A stretch of DNA of 64,000 nt. Origin: Marsupella aquatica. Lineage: Eukaryota; Plantae; Marchantiophyta. Numbering within the stretch: the first letter of the stretch is position 1; each line of letters opens with the position of its first letter. The position numbers and the translations under genes are program-made. The stretch covers positions 7,365,079 through 7,429,078 of the forward strand of contig OZ316898.1 of the NCBI GenBank assembly GCA_973895155.1, in the 5' to 3' direction. The notes under the pieces were generated by a model. The model was not told the origin of the DNA. It searched no databases and was given only the letters and a program-made list of their open reading frames with translations. Below are positions 50,390 to 63,897 of this stretch, piece after piece.

Positions 50390-51243
50390 GAGTCAACAAC
50401 ATTTAAATGCAAAGAACTAAAGAGCAAAAAAGGGAGCAAAACGAGGGCTCATGATGATGCAGATTGTTTATCTTGATAAGATCTTATGAGGTTGGTTGCT
50501 CCATATCCCTGCACATCAAAATATGACATATGTTATGTATGGCACCTCTGCATACCATGATAATCCTAGTTTTTTTTCTTTCAATCTATGAATACAGCCA
50601 CATTTTGATGTGTGATTACCAACAGGGTACACTACAGTAGCTGTTAACTATTCAGCATTGATACTCTCAATGGATTCTATTCCTTGACCAGAGTGTTCAA
50701 ACTGTGACTGAGTCTGGAGAGCCATTGGACTTGGATAGAAATTTGGGTTAGTATATTGTACACCAGATACAGCGTCACTTGTAAACTGCTATAAAGGCTG
50801 ACCTGGATGCTGAACCCTGCAGTATAAGTTTTTGTTACTAGTGGATTTCAAGATTTATGGTGGTTTCAGTGTAGGGTAACCCTTTGCCCCTGGAGGGGGT
50901 TGTGGGCTGTAATTCCAGAGGCTGGGAGCCCAAGGGGTTTACAGCATGGCTCCCTATCACTGTAACCCCTGACACTCTTTTTCACATTAAGTTTTGAAGT
51001 TTTGAGACTCATGGGTTTATGACACTTGGAATTCTGTGGGATGTACATGTCAGAAACCGTCGGCTCCAGACTAGACAGCAATGCGGAAACATGAGAGACA
51101 CTCAATCAGACGCTACACCAACGAGACATCCCAAGTGGAGAAACTCCTGAAGGCTCCATAGCAAATGAGAGTACATGTGAAGAATGAGGGAGAGAGTTCT
51201 CTCCCTCCAGCCTATACCCCCCCCAAGAGGGCCAAGATGAGTG

Positions 51244-54200
51244 TGTTGAGCATAGACGACGATCGCAATGGCAAGCCCATGAACCATCCAACGCACAATA
51301 GTCGACACAAGAGATACGTGGTTCACCTCCTTGAGGCTACGTCCACAGGAACACACAAGAGAGCTTTACTGAACTCTAAGCCCGTCGGCTATACCGAGTC
51401 TCCACAGTGTAAGCTCTCCCTATCTCTCAAGTGGCTCCATAACAATGAGCCTTGGTTCTACTCCTCCAAGCACACGTGCCTCTTATGATATAGTGTGCAA
51501 CTTAGTTAACCTAACCACATTATTGTACCTAATCACGTAGTTGTACCTAATCACGTAGTTGTACCTAACCACGTAGTTGTACCAAACCATGTTGTTGTAC
51601 CAACCCACGTTGTTGTACCAACCACGTCATACCTAACCTAGACGTAAGAGTAAATACCCAACAATCTTCCCCTTGACTCTGGTCTAGGGGAGAGTAATAC
51701 TGCCAATGTATATGATCCCTCAGCGGGAAGTTCTGGACAAAAACGAAACCGGTTTCCCTCTCTAACTAGAGCAAACCAGAACTAAGCCGTAGCCTAATAC
51801 ATAGGAATGAGGAAGAGCATATATCAGTAATTACAATGAATGTTAAGAAAAACTCTACTTGTGATGCAATTGCAAAGCCTGCAATACGTCACGGTGTCTA
51901 GAGAAACTCTCCAAAGGAATCACTTTGGTAAATGCGTCAGCCGGGTTGAGTTTACCATCAATCTTGACTAGCTCAAACAAATTATCAGACACAGCCTGCC
52001 TGATAAAATGGTACCTGACGTCAATGTGCTTCACTCTGCTGTCCATCACCTGGTTCACAGCAAGGTGGAGCGCACTTTGACTATCACAATGAAGCTTCAC
52101 ATTCCCCTGTGGCAATCCCATTTCAGTGATAAGTCTATCCAACCAAATCACTTCCTTTGCTACTTCCGCAGCTACAACATACTCCGCTTCTGTAGTAGAC
52201 TGAGCAATACACTTCTGCAAAGTAGACCTCTAACTTATGCGTCCACCGCCAAGTGTGAACACGTATCCTGTTGTTGATCTCCTTCGGTCCAAATCTTATC
52301 CATAGTCAGAATCTACATAGTCAATCAATGATCTAGCATTCTTTGCATTCGCATCAAATAAAAGACCATGATCCACGGTACCCTTCAAGTACTTGATAAT
52401 CCACTTCACTGCTTCCCAGTGTACCTTCCCTGGATTCGACATGTACCTGCTCACCTTGCCCATAGCCATGGCAAGATCAGGTCTAGTGCAAGTCATCAAA
52501 TACATGAGACTCCCCACTGCCTTGTCATATGGAACCTTTGACATCAACCCCTTCTCTGTGTCATCCGTAGGACAGAACGCTGATGATAACTTGAAGTGTG
52601 GAGCCAACGGGGTACTTACTGGCTTGCTATCTCTCATGTTGAACCTAGCAATTACCTTCCTCGCATAACTACTTTGTGTCAACCATAGCTTACCAGCCTC
52701 CAAGTCCCTAGTGATCTCCATACCCAAAATCCTCTTAGCTGGCCCAAAGTCCTTCATCTTAAACTCTGCACTAAGCAGTGCCTTGAGCTTAACAATCTCA
52801 GACCTATCCTTGGTTGCAATTAGCATGTCATCCACATAAAGTACTAAATAATGAACCCAAAGACAACATTCTTCACAGGTTTCAAATACACACAAGGGTC
52901 AAATACACTTTTGTGAAAACCTTGTGACCGAATCCAATCGTCAAACCGCTTGTTCCACTGTCTTGGTGACTGCTTCAACCCATACAAGGATTCCAGCAAT
53001 CTGCAAACCAATTCCTCCTGTCCTCTCTTCACAAAACCTAGCGGTTGTCTCATGAAGATCACCTCTTCCAATGTGCCATAGAGGAAAGCTGTGACAACAT
53101 CCATCTGATCTAGCAGCAGACCAAACATTACAACAAGTACACACAATAGTCGTATTGTAGAGTACTTAGCAACTGGTGAGAAGACCTCATTGTAATCCAC
53201 ACCTTTCTCTTGTGTGAATCCCTTTGCTACCAACCTAGCCTTGTAGACCTTCGATCCACCTCCCATGGAATTATCTTTCAGCTTGTAAATCCACTTGCTG
53301 TCCACCACTTGCTGACCCTTAGGCAGCTTAACAAGCTCCCAAGTTTTGTTGTCCTTTAGTGACTGCATCTCCGTTTGCATTGCTGCAGTCCACTTCTGCT
53401 TCTCCTTTGAAGCACTTGCCTTATGAAATGAAGAAGGTTCCCCTTCTTCCAAAATTAACGCATCACCCTCATCATCAGCTGCAAAATCATCCTCTTGCAG
53501 TTGAGATGAATCAACCCACTGTCCATACCTTGGTGGAGCACGTACAGTGCGACCAGATGTTCTTCTAGCCGATGACTCCGATTGATTTGCGTGTGCTGGT
53601 ATAATTTGAAGCTCAACAGCATCCACTTGCTGCTCACCAGCATCAACAAACTCCTCCGGTTCCTCTGGCACAGGAACCAGCTCCATAATTGGAGCAACTC
53701 CTTCTCTCTGGTCATGCACCTCATAACCAATCTCCCCCTCAACGAGATCCGGGATAGGAGATTTTCCTTTGTCAGTATGGGAGACCTGAGTATTCTCCCC
53801 CTCCGTCAATAATCTGGATTCATTGAAGGAAACATCCCTACTGACAACGAGCTTACAGGCAATAGGATCCCATAGCCTATAGGCTTTCACACCACTCTGG
53901 TACCCAAGAAAAACACATTTCTTGGAGGTAGGATCCAACTTGGTCCTATTCTGCTTCGGTGTGAGAGCATATGCATCACTTCCAAAAACTACCAAGCCAT
54001 GATAGTCTGCTTACCGCTTATAGCGCATCTCAAACGGCGTTTTGAAATTGATAGCACTAGAAGGAGAAAGATTTACCAAATAAGCTGCGGTATTGACAGC
54101 TTCTGCCCAAAATTCTTGTGGTAAACCTGATTGGCTCAACATACTCCGTGACCGCTCCAACAGCGTCCGATTGAGCCTCTCAGCGACACCATTCTGCTAC

Positions 54201-57200
54201 GGAGTATAAACTATGGTAAGATGGCGAGTTATCCCCTGTTCTGAACAGTACTCTTCAAATTCCATTGAAGTGTACTCCCCGCCGTTGTCTGACCTCAGAC
54301 TCTTCACCCTTGTATCCAAACACTTGATCGTGTTTCCAGTCTGATTCTCCACCTGGGCCTTCCACTTCTTAAAAATGGACAAGACATCAGACTTATGCGT
54401 CATGAAATAAATCCACACAAATCTTGAGTAATCATCAATAAATGATACATAGTACAACTTTCCAGAGTGTGAGAGAGTCGGGGATGGACCCCACACGTCA
54501 CTATGTATGTACTCAAGAACCGCTTTGGAATGATGAGTTCCAACACCAAAAGCACGACGATGCTGCTTTCCAAGAATGCAATGCTTACAGAACTCTAATT
54601 TACAAGATTGCAAATCAGAAATGAGTCCATTCTTCCGTAAGATAGCCAAACCCTTCTCACTCATGTGGCCTAGCCGTGAATGCCACAGTTGAGTCATCTC
54701 CTCATGAGACTTGGTTACATTGGCCTCTCCACATACAGTATTGCCCTGTAACACATACAAATTCTTTTGTCTGCTCCCCTTCAAAATCACTGTCTCTCCC
54801 GACCTGACTTGAAGTTCACCATCAATAATGCTCCATTGATGACCATTTGAATCCAACACACCGAGTGAAATCAGATTCTTACGCATGCCAGGTACATACC
54901 TGACTGCAGACACTGTGCGCACAGCGCCATCAAACATTTGAATCTTCACAGACCCAATTCCCTCAATTTGACAGGAGTGATCATTTCCCATCAGAACTGA
55001 ACCGTTTGAAACAGAGTAAGAACTGAAAAACTCACGAATGTAACAAATATGAAAAGAGCAAGCACAATCAAGAATCCACACATCATCTGCTCTCCTAGAT
55101 GACGTGCATAGGGCATACCCCCGGCTTCATAAAACATACTCATCATTGAGTAAATCAGCTTCTCCATCAGCCCTAGCCACATTTGCCGATGAAGTTTCCG
55201 CTGCCTTTCCCTTACAGTCTCGCTTGAAGTGTCCAACTTGGTTGCACTTCCAACATGTCACCTGCCTCCTCTGAGGGGATTTACCCTTGGACTTAGATCT
55301 GGATTTAGATCTAAACTGGGTTCTACGGTCCCCAGTTGGTCGCTGCATACTCCTCCCACGGTTAACATTGAGGGCAGCACCAGATGATGAAGGCTGTGAC
55401 GTGATGTGCATCTTCTGCTGAAGATCATCACTAAGCAGAGAACTTACCACGTCATTGTATGAAATGGTATCCCTATCACGATGCAACAACACTCGTGATA
55501 GGGACTGGTAAGATGGAGGCAATGAACTAAGAAGCTGCAGAACCTTCGTCTCATCATTCAAAGTCTCCCCAAGGTTTTCCAAGTCAACGACCATGTCGTT
55601 GAAAGCATCCACATGGTCTTGCAACTTCGTACCGGATTCCTTCATCCTGAAACTCATCAGTTTGTAGGAAGTGTAGAGCTGGTTCGACAACTCCTTGCGG
55701 TGATACTTGCTCTGCAATTCCGCAAACAAGGACATGCAATCCTTATGTGCACCCAACTGCTTGATGATGGGAGGCATGAGATAGAGTGTAACACACCACA
55801 CTCCCTGCTCCTGCATGCGGTCCCATTGTTTCTCATCAACATCATCTTCACGAGGGCTCAGCAGTTGGCCCATCCCTGACGCATAGAGCACTCCCTTTAC
55901 TTGCTTCTCCCATAGCAAGTAGTCAGAGCGCCCATCATACTTTGTCACTTCATACTTGGGTCCCCCAAGCTTGAAAGTCCCCATCTTCTTCTTTGGCACT
56001 ACCGTGAGCTCCGGTAGTAGTACTGCTTCCTCCACCACACGCCGCACCGGTGATGGTATCGGTGTCACGTGCTCTTCCTTCTGCTCCTCTCTCTGCCCCT
56101 GAAACCGCCGTGGTGATCCTCGTGCTTCAAGTTCCACGTCTTCAAAAAACTCCTCCGAATCACTCATATGAGAAAATCACAAAAAATATCGTTTTTCACA
56201 ACTTCTCAAAAAACTCGAAAAACAACACCGCCGCGTAGCCCACAAAGCTAGGAGTCCAATACTGAAAAACCGAAATCAAAATCAAAATTTGACGAAAAAG
56301 TTATTCAAATTTCGGTTGAGGTGGGTAAAACCTTGGGAAACTCCCCCGTTTTGACCACCTCAGGGAATAACCGAAATACCAAGTACAACCCGTTGTCGGA
56401 ATTGCGATGTGATTGGTGCGCCGTGTTGCCAACTTCAATGGCTTGTCAACAACGAATGTTGATCAATTGCACTTGGTGCCGTCACCAAGTCCAACAAGGT
56501 AATTGATTTTGCTTAGCCTTCCTCTTTGCATCAAAGAGCCAATCCGGGACTCAAAACAATCGTCTTGCCTCAATCTCTCCGTTGAGTCAAAACACTTGAC
56601 GCTTCTTCCTCCGAGTCGATTGCCAACTTTCTTCACAAAATCCAGAATGACAAAAACTTAGATCTCTCCGCACCACGAGCTCCGTTCAGCGATTTCTTCA
56701 CACCGTTAGAAAGCTCTTGCCCCGATCTATCCGTTGAGCCCATAAACTCCAAGTTCCATGCGACGGAACTCCGGGAAATCCACCGACATTCAACGCTGGA
56801 AAAACCATCATGAAATCCCGTCACAAACACACGTCACCTCCCAAGCATGCTCTGATACCAATTGTTGAGCATAGACGACGATCGCAATGGCAAGCCCATG
56901 AACCATCCAACGCACAATAGTCGACACAAGAGATACGTGGTTCACCTCCTTGAGGCTACGTCCACAGGAACACACAAGAGAGCTTTACTGAACTCTAAGC
57001 CCGTCGGCTATACCGAGTCTCCACAGTGTAAGCTCTCCCTATCTCTCAAGTGGCTCCATAACAATGAGCCTTGGTTCTACTCCTCCAAGCACACGTGCCT
57101 CTTATGATATAGTGTGCAACTTAGTTAACCTAACCACATTATTGTACCTAATCACGTAGTTGTACCTAATCACGTAGTTGTACCTAACCACGTAGTTGTA

Positions 57201-57282
57201 CCAAACCATGTTGTTGTACCAACCCACGTTGTTGTACCAACCACGTCATACCTAACCTAGACGTAAGAGTAAATACCCAACA
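51244..57282 (-). mobile_element. Full-length Ty1/copia LTR retrotransposon (defective)
   Basis: 420-bp LTRs at 56863-57282 (5') and 51244-51663 (3'), TG...CA, identical by eye. TSD GAGTG. PBS TGGTATCAGAGC (tRNA-iMet) at 56849-56860. PPT AAGGGGAAGAT next to 51664. Domain order gag-PR-INT-RT-RH. Confidence 0.97.
51855..56167 (-). pseudogene. Copia gag-pol with internal stops and a frameshift
   Basis: gag Zn knuckle CWKCNQVGHFKRDC, protease WILDCACSFH, integrase WHSRLGH/IHSDVWGP/LRSDNGGE/QNGVAER, RT KARLVAKG/QMDVVTAFL/LYGLKQSPRQW/YVDDML, RNase H STTEAEY/KHIDVRYHF. Stops at 55127, 54197, ~54012, 52296, ~52230; frameshift at ~52850. Confidence 0.93.
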
Positions 57283-58583
57283 GAGTGGGCCTAAACTAAG
57301 CGGATCTTATCCTAATGTAATCCAGGGTTAACTAACCCTAGTAAGGCCAAACTAACTAAGTCGGGAACTCGAGTCAATTCCTGACAGTACAGATTTGCAA
57401 AGGTGATTATGGCTGGGGACCTCTACTGAAACTACAAATTAAGAGAGCGGGAAGGGGTTATGCACATGTATCTACTAGCAAGAACCGAACTCTGGTCATT
57501 TGAGTGGGAATGTCAAGCCCCCACCCCCCAAAATAACCCATGCCTTCAACTGGGCAGGTCCAGGAACACGGGTTTGAGGCTAGGTTTGAGGCAGCAGCAA
57601 GACTTAAACCTGAGAATCCTTGGTCCCAAATGAGCATTCTCACCAGCAGGATACACACGAGATCTGGTTTTCCTTCCCTGAAAATCTAAGCATGTATTGT
57701 AGTGCCACCCGGGTTCGGACAGGCATATATTTGACTTTTTCCAGGAATGAAGAAATGCCAAAAATATTAAACTCCTTTTTATTTTCTAAATTTTAGGCCA
57801 TATGTGCACACTGAAAAGTCAGTGCTTACATCAAGATGCTTAGAGTATTCTTAAAATTTACATCTCAAATTCTTTTCAGGTTTCTCAAGCACTTTAAAAA
57901 TGTTCTGCCATTCATGTTCAAACTTGTAATAATTACTAGTGACATGCTTAATTTCCTTGAACATAAATACAGGTGACAGCAACAAAAGACCTTGCAAACA
58001 AAATTCCTTTCTATTTCCCATTCTGTTTTCTGTCATGACCTTAGAGTGTGGAGGCTTCACTCTAGACAACCGCCCCAGGAAGTAGCTTTTGATTACAAAT
58101 ATATATTTATAGATTTAGTTTTTTGGGCGAAAAGGGATGGCACTAGGATGTTGTTTCGTTTTTCCTGACACAAAAGTTGATTGGAACCAGGTTCACATCT
58201 GCCAGTACTTTCACATGTTATTGGTGTTGTATATATTCCAAGCTTTATGGTCCACTCAGTATACATTTAGAAAACTCATCGTGACAGCTTTTAACTTGCT
58301 TGGTGCAAGCCCAAGTTATGGCACCATCAGGCTGTTACTTGTTAAAGTAAAGGGTTTCACCCTTGAAGTTGTTAATGGATTCAAAAAGTGTCTGGGACTT
58401 GCATAATATGTTACTTTGGGTGTGGGCCTCCAAGCCATGAATTTAAGCAAGGACCCTAAACATAGTGCCATCCCGCCCTCCTGCAGTTATCTGACATAGC
58501 TTGTTTTGGGCAGTTGCATGAACGCCTGGGCAGATTTGTGACCATCCTTCCACTTAAAATAATAAATATTGCAGTCAGCACCC

Positions 58584-58877
58584 TCAAGCCATCTCACAAG
58601 GCAATATCCCCTGCAGAAGCACCTCGGGCTTTAGGGCCGTCTTGCATGTGACAAGTCCTTTGTGTTCCGGCCCTAAACTGAACCCGTGGCATTTGTAAAT
58701 GCAGCGGCAGGCCGGCAGTCGTGACGGCAGCTTTAGAGGATATGCAAGGGCAAGGGCCGGAAATTGAGGTCCCGAACTTTGAACTGCGAATAAAACAAAA
58801 CCGCAGCGGATCCTGCCCTGTACAATTTGCGGTGCCAAAGACAAAGAAGTTGATGCGATTGAGTAAGCACGGCACAC
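58584..58877 (-). pseudogene. Exon-sized fragment homologous to the decayed gene at ~26040-26440
   Basis: Colinear peptide and DNA similarity to the 26-kb fragment; function unknown. Confidence 0.4.
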
Positions 58878-61689
58878 GTAAGCTCTTCTTGATTGTATTT
58901 AGATCCTATCACACACTTTTTGCGGACATCGGTGGGCTGCTAAGGGTCACTTTTTTCAGGACTCTGGCACATGCAAGACAGCCCTTAGCCAGGGCTAGAG
59001 CATCACACTATTGTAATGGTCTACTTTCCACCCATCTTTTGCTTAGTTTGGAGTTTGCATTTGCCCTCGTCTTTTTGTATTTGTCGTTTCTCTCTCTGCC
59101 TCTCTTGCTTTTACTCTGTTGTACTCCCAATAGTACTACTGTACATTTGGTATTTTTCCTAAAAATAAAATTTTAAAAACCAGTAAAGGGCATCAAAGTT
59201 TTATCCATTATTGAAATGATTAAATTTGTATAAACTTTTGTTTTCCAGTAAAACTGTTTTAATTGAAGAAACGACATTTTAAGCTAAATGAAAGCCCCCA
59301 ATAAGGGAACAGCCAAATAAGGGGAGTCGGGTCCACATTTCCACTTTGGATGTAGAGAAACAGAGCGTTCCAACAATCAACGAAATTCCTCAAAGATTCG
59401 CTAATAATGGGAAAAAGTAGAATGGGGAAGAAGACGTTGAGCCTTCAAGTTACCTTTCGGGAAGCGACAAACGCCAACTCCGAGATGAGACGTCAGACAC
59501 GACAACTTTGACGTGGCTAGATCGACGGCAATCTCAGCAGTTAGGGCGATCTCAGCTGTCCATTATGTGTGACGGAAATATTTTGTCGGAAAGCTGGATT
59601 GTACTTTACTGTACTGGAATCTCAGTGACGGCACCAGAACTTGACCATGGTTCAAATTTGACTGAGGGTCAGTTCCAAACCATATACTGTGGTCAATGGT
59701 CCTATCTACAGTAACTCCCACTCTCTAACTGGAGCTATGGTAGGGTCACCCTTTGCTCTCACTATCACTGCAACCCATCTACCTTAGGGACTACCACGTT
59801 TGCACCCTGCGCTAGAAACTTAGTTGGTACTTCTACCTTTAAAATTATAAAAGGGGGGGGGGGGGGATAGAGATCAAAGTGAATGATTTCGAGTCTTCGC
59901 CCGATTTCCATGATAAGCTCAAAAAGGCTAAAGAAGTGGCAGAGCCCATAGAGTCAAGAATCTACAAGCCATTTCCAGCCCTTACTCCTTTGCTGCTAAT
60001 AATTTATCTTCATTTCACTTTTGAAACATTGTATAGACTGACATATCAGTGTTTGGCACCAAAATGCTTAGAATTTTACTAAAATATGCATTGTAAAAGT
60101 TTCCCAAGTTTAGCAAACACTACCCAAACTTTTCATTAATTAATTATGTTTGCACAAACACCATATCATCCCTACAGTAGTGTAGAGTGGACAGGAGTCT
60201 AGTTACAACAGTCTGTTGGCAATGGAGCAGACGGTCTTGTCTTCAGTAGGAGCACTCAAGCGCGGAGCCGACACTATCTTACAGAACCGGGTTTGAACCA
60301 TAACTCTTCCCCCGGCCTCACTAGAGAAGTCTAAGGTCATCTGGTAAATTTATATGTGGGTTTTACCCTTCTTACATTTATGGTGTTTCACACAATCCCC
60401 TCTTCAAAATAAGGAAGACTAGCCTAGAGAGGCATGACTTTGTGGTAGCTCACTTGAATGAGTAGAGACCGATAGGTCTTGGGTTCAACTATTGTGGGCT
60501 GGCTCTTCCCTACTATTGTGACTTACTCTTCCCTTTTTGTGGGGTTTCACAGATTTTCCTTAAAAAAAAAAAAAATTAAATAATAAATAATTAAAAAAGG
60601 AAGACTATATGGAAAATTAATGCACTAAAAAATACAAAGAGAAAAATCACAAAAATATTTACTATGTCATTAAATCCATGGCCAAAACCTAAGATGGTGA
60701 AAATAAGCTGAACAACACTATATTTTCCCGCAATCAAAAGTTTCCCATGACTTTAAACTGCCCATGACCAAAACCTATGTGGTCACAATAAGATTTAACA
60801 ATAGGATCTGTGACAATATCATTTATCAGTTTTTAAGTACTTTGTCACTAAAGATATACTAATTGACAATATTGTCATTATTTTTTTGATATTTATAAAA
60901 ATGTCAAAGTCTTGTATATGGATGACAAGTTTACCAAGGTAACCAGGAAACTATATATGAAAACCATTTCATTTTGTAAATCCAAAAAAATGACACATTT
61001 ATAAATCCAAACATTAATGACAATGTACTTAAAAGCTCTAATCTTTTATATGGTTCCCCACAATACATTATGGGTCATTTGGGGCCCATCACAATATTGA
61101 ACCAACAAGAAGCACACAATAACGCTCCACAATATAAAACGGTGAAATGCCATATGAGTAGATTGTGCGGACTAGCCACATCAGCCCTGCAAAAGTTTTG
61201 CCGGGCCCGGTCCGAGGCTGTTTGCAGGCCTCCCGAACCTAGAGTGACTAAAGTTGGAGTCCCCTAGGAGAGCAATCAGACAAAGGTGACAACCCGCATG
61301 AGACGAGATTCTTCGTGGGCTGGATCTGGATTCTCTTCCCCCCCCCCCCTCCCCCTTTCATTTGTCTTGCTTTGAACCGAAGCCATTCAGAAATGGTGGG
61401 CTCTAGTGACCACGGGATCAGATGGCAAAAGTGTGCGTCACACCCGACCAAAGCAATGCTTAAAATACGAGAAAGAAGAGCAAAAATGTACTGACGAGTC
61501 AAGACAGAGTAACAGATGACCTCTGAGAATTTCTCCATCCACCAATTCCCTGACTGATGATCTAGAGTCTTGGATAGCTTTTCTTTCAGTAGTGGAGTGG
61601 AGAATTCTTTCTGTGTTGTGGAAGTGTGTTCACACTCTCCATGATGACCGACTGCCTGATCGAGAAGTGGTCAGCCGTGAGCTCACCTG

Positions 61690-62550
61690 CGTACTTTGGT
61701 TGGGCAAGGACTCTGCAGTCAACACAACTATGGAGCTAGGATCGCTCTCGTCATCGAGGGAGACCCGTGAACTGTTTTGCCTGAATCAGAGAATTTACGG
61801 GCAGAGTTGCTCGGTAGGCGCAGAGGAATTTTTCAGTGAATGAAAGTAATTTCTGATTCAGAGCCAAACAATTTGACACGGGAGGGTGATTGATTGATAG
61901 ATCAAGTAGGCGAGGTGCTTGATCTGAAGGATCAGGGTACTGAATGTTTACTGGGAAGAAATAACTTGACCGGAGAGGATATCTTGAAGAGAAAACTACA
62001 TCTAACACACTGCCAAAGAACAAAAGGCGCCCAACCCGGAGACATTATCCCACAGGCGAGAGACCCAATAAAAGGGGGAGGCAACCAGGGAAAATCACAG
62101 GGAGACTAAATAGTCAAAAATCACGAGAGAACCCTGCAAATCTAAGGGTGGGTTTGTTCCAAGATAGGAGGGTACTGTACGTTTGGTTGGGGACAGAATT
62201 GAGGAGGGAGATTCGTTTAGACAGGCAGAAGTTTTGGTTTCTGGGATTGGAGAGCTTGTGTATGATTAAACAGTGGTCTCGTCCTTCAGTGGGCACCACT
62301 CAATGTTTAGAGGGGAGAAATGTTTCACTGAATGAGTAATTTCTGATTCATTGCCAAATAACTTGCCCGCAGAGGATGCCTAATTGAATGGGGTTGTTCC
62401 AAAGGGAGGAGTAGGGTACTGTACGTTTAGTGGGGGGGCAGAATTGAGGAGGGAGATTCCTTTAGAACCGCAAGCTTTTTGCTTACTGGGCTTGGAGCGA
62501 GCTTGTGTCTTTCGAAACAGCCGCTTATCAGTACTCCCTCTCGTCAGCAC
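61690..62550. repeat. Diverged ~240-bp repeat units (probably transposon subterminal repeats)
   Basis: TTTCA(G/C)TGAATGA...TAATTTCTGATTCA at ~61831 and ~62323. AGGGTACTGTACGTTT...CAGAATTGAGGAGGGAGATTC at ~62169 and ~62413. Confidence 0.7.
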
Positions 62551-63132
62551 CTTCAGCGAAGTAGGCCGCAGCTGTCTAGCATCATAAGTTCAGGGGCATC
62601 AAAACTTCAGCTGCTACTGTTCACCACACAGCTTTCTCTGACTCTCACGCCACCCTGGGCGTCAAAAAGTGGCATACACCTACACTCTGCCTGCCTCTAG
62701 TAGCACTTCTGTTGCCTTTGCAGGAAGCCTGAAATGGGTTCCAGATCCTCTCCATTTCATGGCGACGAAAAGCTCCTCAGCTACAGTTGTTGTCGACGAT
62801 CTCATGGCACACCCACGAGCTGCGCCCACCAGCGGGATTGGGGATCCCTGGCAATTGAACTTTAGCCCGGACAAGACAGTCTGCATGTTCGTGTGTCATC
62901 TTTCCCAAATTGTGAGTGAGTCAAAGAACGCTGGCCCGATGGTTTCACTGTACAGTCGGTAGTACGAAATGCGTCCTCACATTAAGAGCAATTACCTCAC
63001 CCTGGTTTGTTCTTCTGAAGGACAAATGTCATTCGTTGTTTCACTAGACAAGCTTGAGTAGCAGCAGCAGCAGTCAGCACGATCCAATCGAGCCACACTT
63101 TGCTCAAACAGTGTTGTTGCTGGAGAATCTTC

Positions 63133-63897
63133 TTATTCAGTATGTGTGGGTATCCTTCCTGAGTGAAGTCCACGACAGAAGGCGTGACAATTTAGACAAT
63201 GGTGGTACGGTCTAGTTCTTGGTCGCTTCCTAGCAGCAGCGAGTTGTGAGTTCTGCCTGGGTAAGACTTCCATTAGCCAATCAAAACTCCTATCTCCCTC
63301 CCTCCGTTCCAGGTCCCATTGCTTGTACGCTTGTGCCTTCGAATTCCAGCTCCGACTAGTCAATTTTGCAAGGACGTCCAAATACTGTGCAGCGGAAAGA
63401 CTGTGGAAATCATAATGTTTGTCCATCATTTGTCTCGGATCCACAATTGTTTGATTGCGAGTGACCCAGTCATTTCCTATCCAAGGTGATGGCTCCCTAG
63501 CAGAGATTGATGGTCCTTTGCCCATCTGCGACCTGTAGATCGATCTCTCACAGGTCCTTGGGAACTGTCAGTTGGGAATCTTGTGCAAGAGGTTGTTGCT
63601 TTGGGCAGGACGAATTGATGCGGGGGTATTGGTGGAGTGAGTGAAGCCAACGATTGGGTGGGTCGGTGGGTGAGGTTGCGGAAGGTCAGTTCAGTACGAG
63701 GCTGCCAACATGGGGGTAGGATCATCATCATGCATGCCGCCATCGCCAAGAATGCTCAAAGGAGGAAATGGCAGGCTCAAAGGAGGAAGTGGCAGGCTAA
63801 GGGGGGGAGTGTATGAACGACTACGGAAGAAAGGATTTTCCATCAGACGGCGTCTCCGCCCCTTGTGGAAGTGGGTCAAGAAACTGCGGATTCGCAA
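63133..63897 (-). pseudogene. Decayed ORF of unknown family with Pro-rich N-terminal part and Cys/His cluster
   Basis: ORFs 63691-63897 and 63133-63525 share one frame, separated by TGA stops. C-terminal HHCLNCHAFCRGLH. Confidence 0.35.

Larger units (their letters stand above)
51048..57386. mobile_element. Solo LTR (~295 bp; pieces 51048-51243 and 57288-57386) split by the Copia insertion
   Basis: TGTCAG...CTGACA ends and perfect 5-bp TSD GTACA (51043-51047, 57387-57391). The rejoined halves match 11169-11464. Confidence 0.88.

Noticed and set aside
50312-50400. Hammerhead ribozyme or C/D snoRNA (CTGATGA twice)
   Set aside because: No stem II followed by GAAA and no properly placed D box or terminal stem; explained by a simple duplication.
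51165-51488. ORF repeated at 56862-57107
   Set aside because: Incidental antisense frame inside the two LTRs.
60255-60335. tRNA gene on the minus strand (GGTTCAAACCC)
   Set aside because: Only a B-box-like word; no acceptor or anticodon stems.
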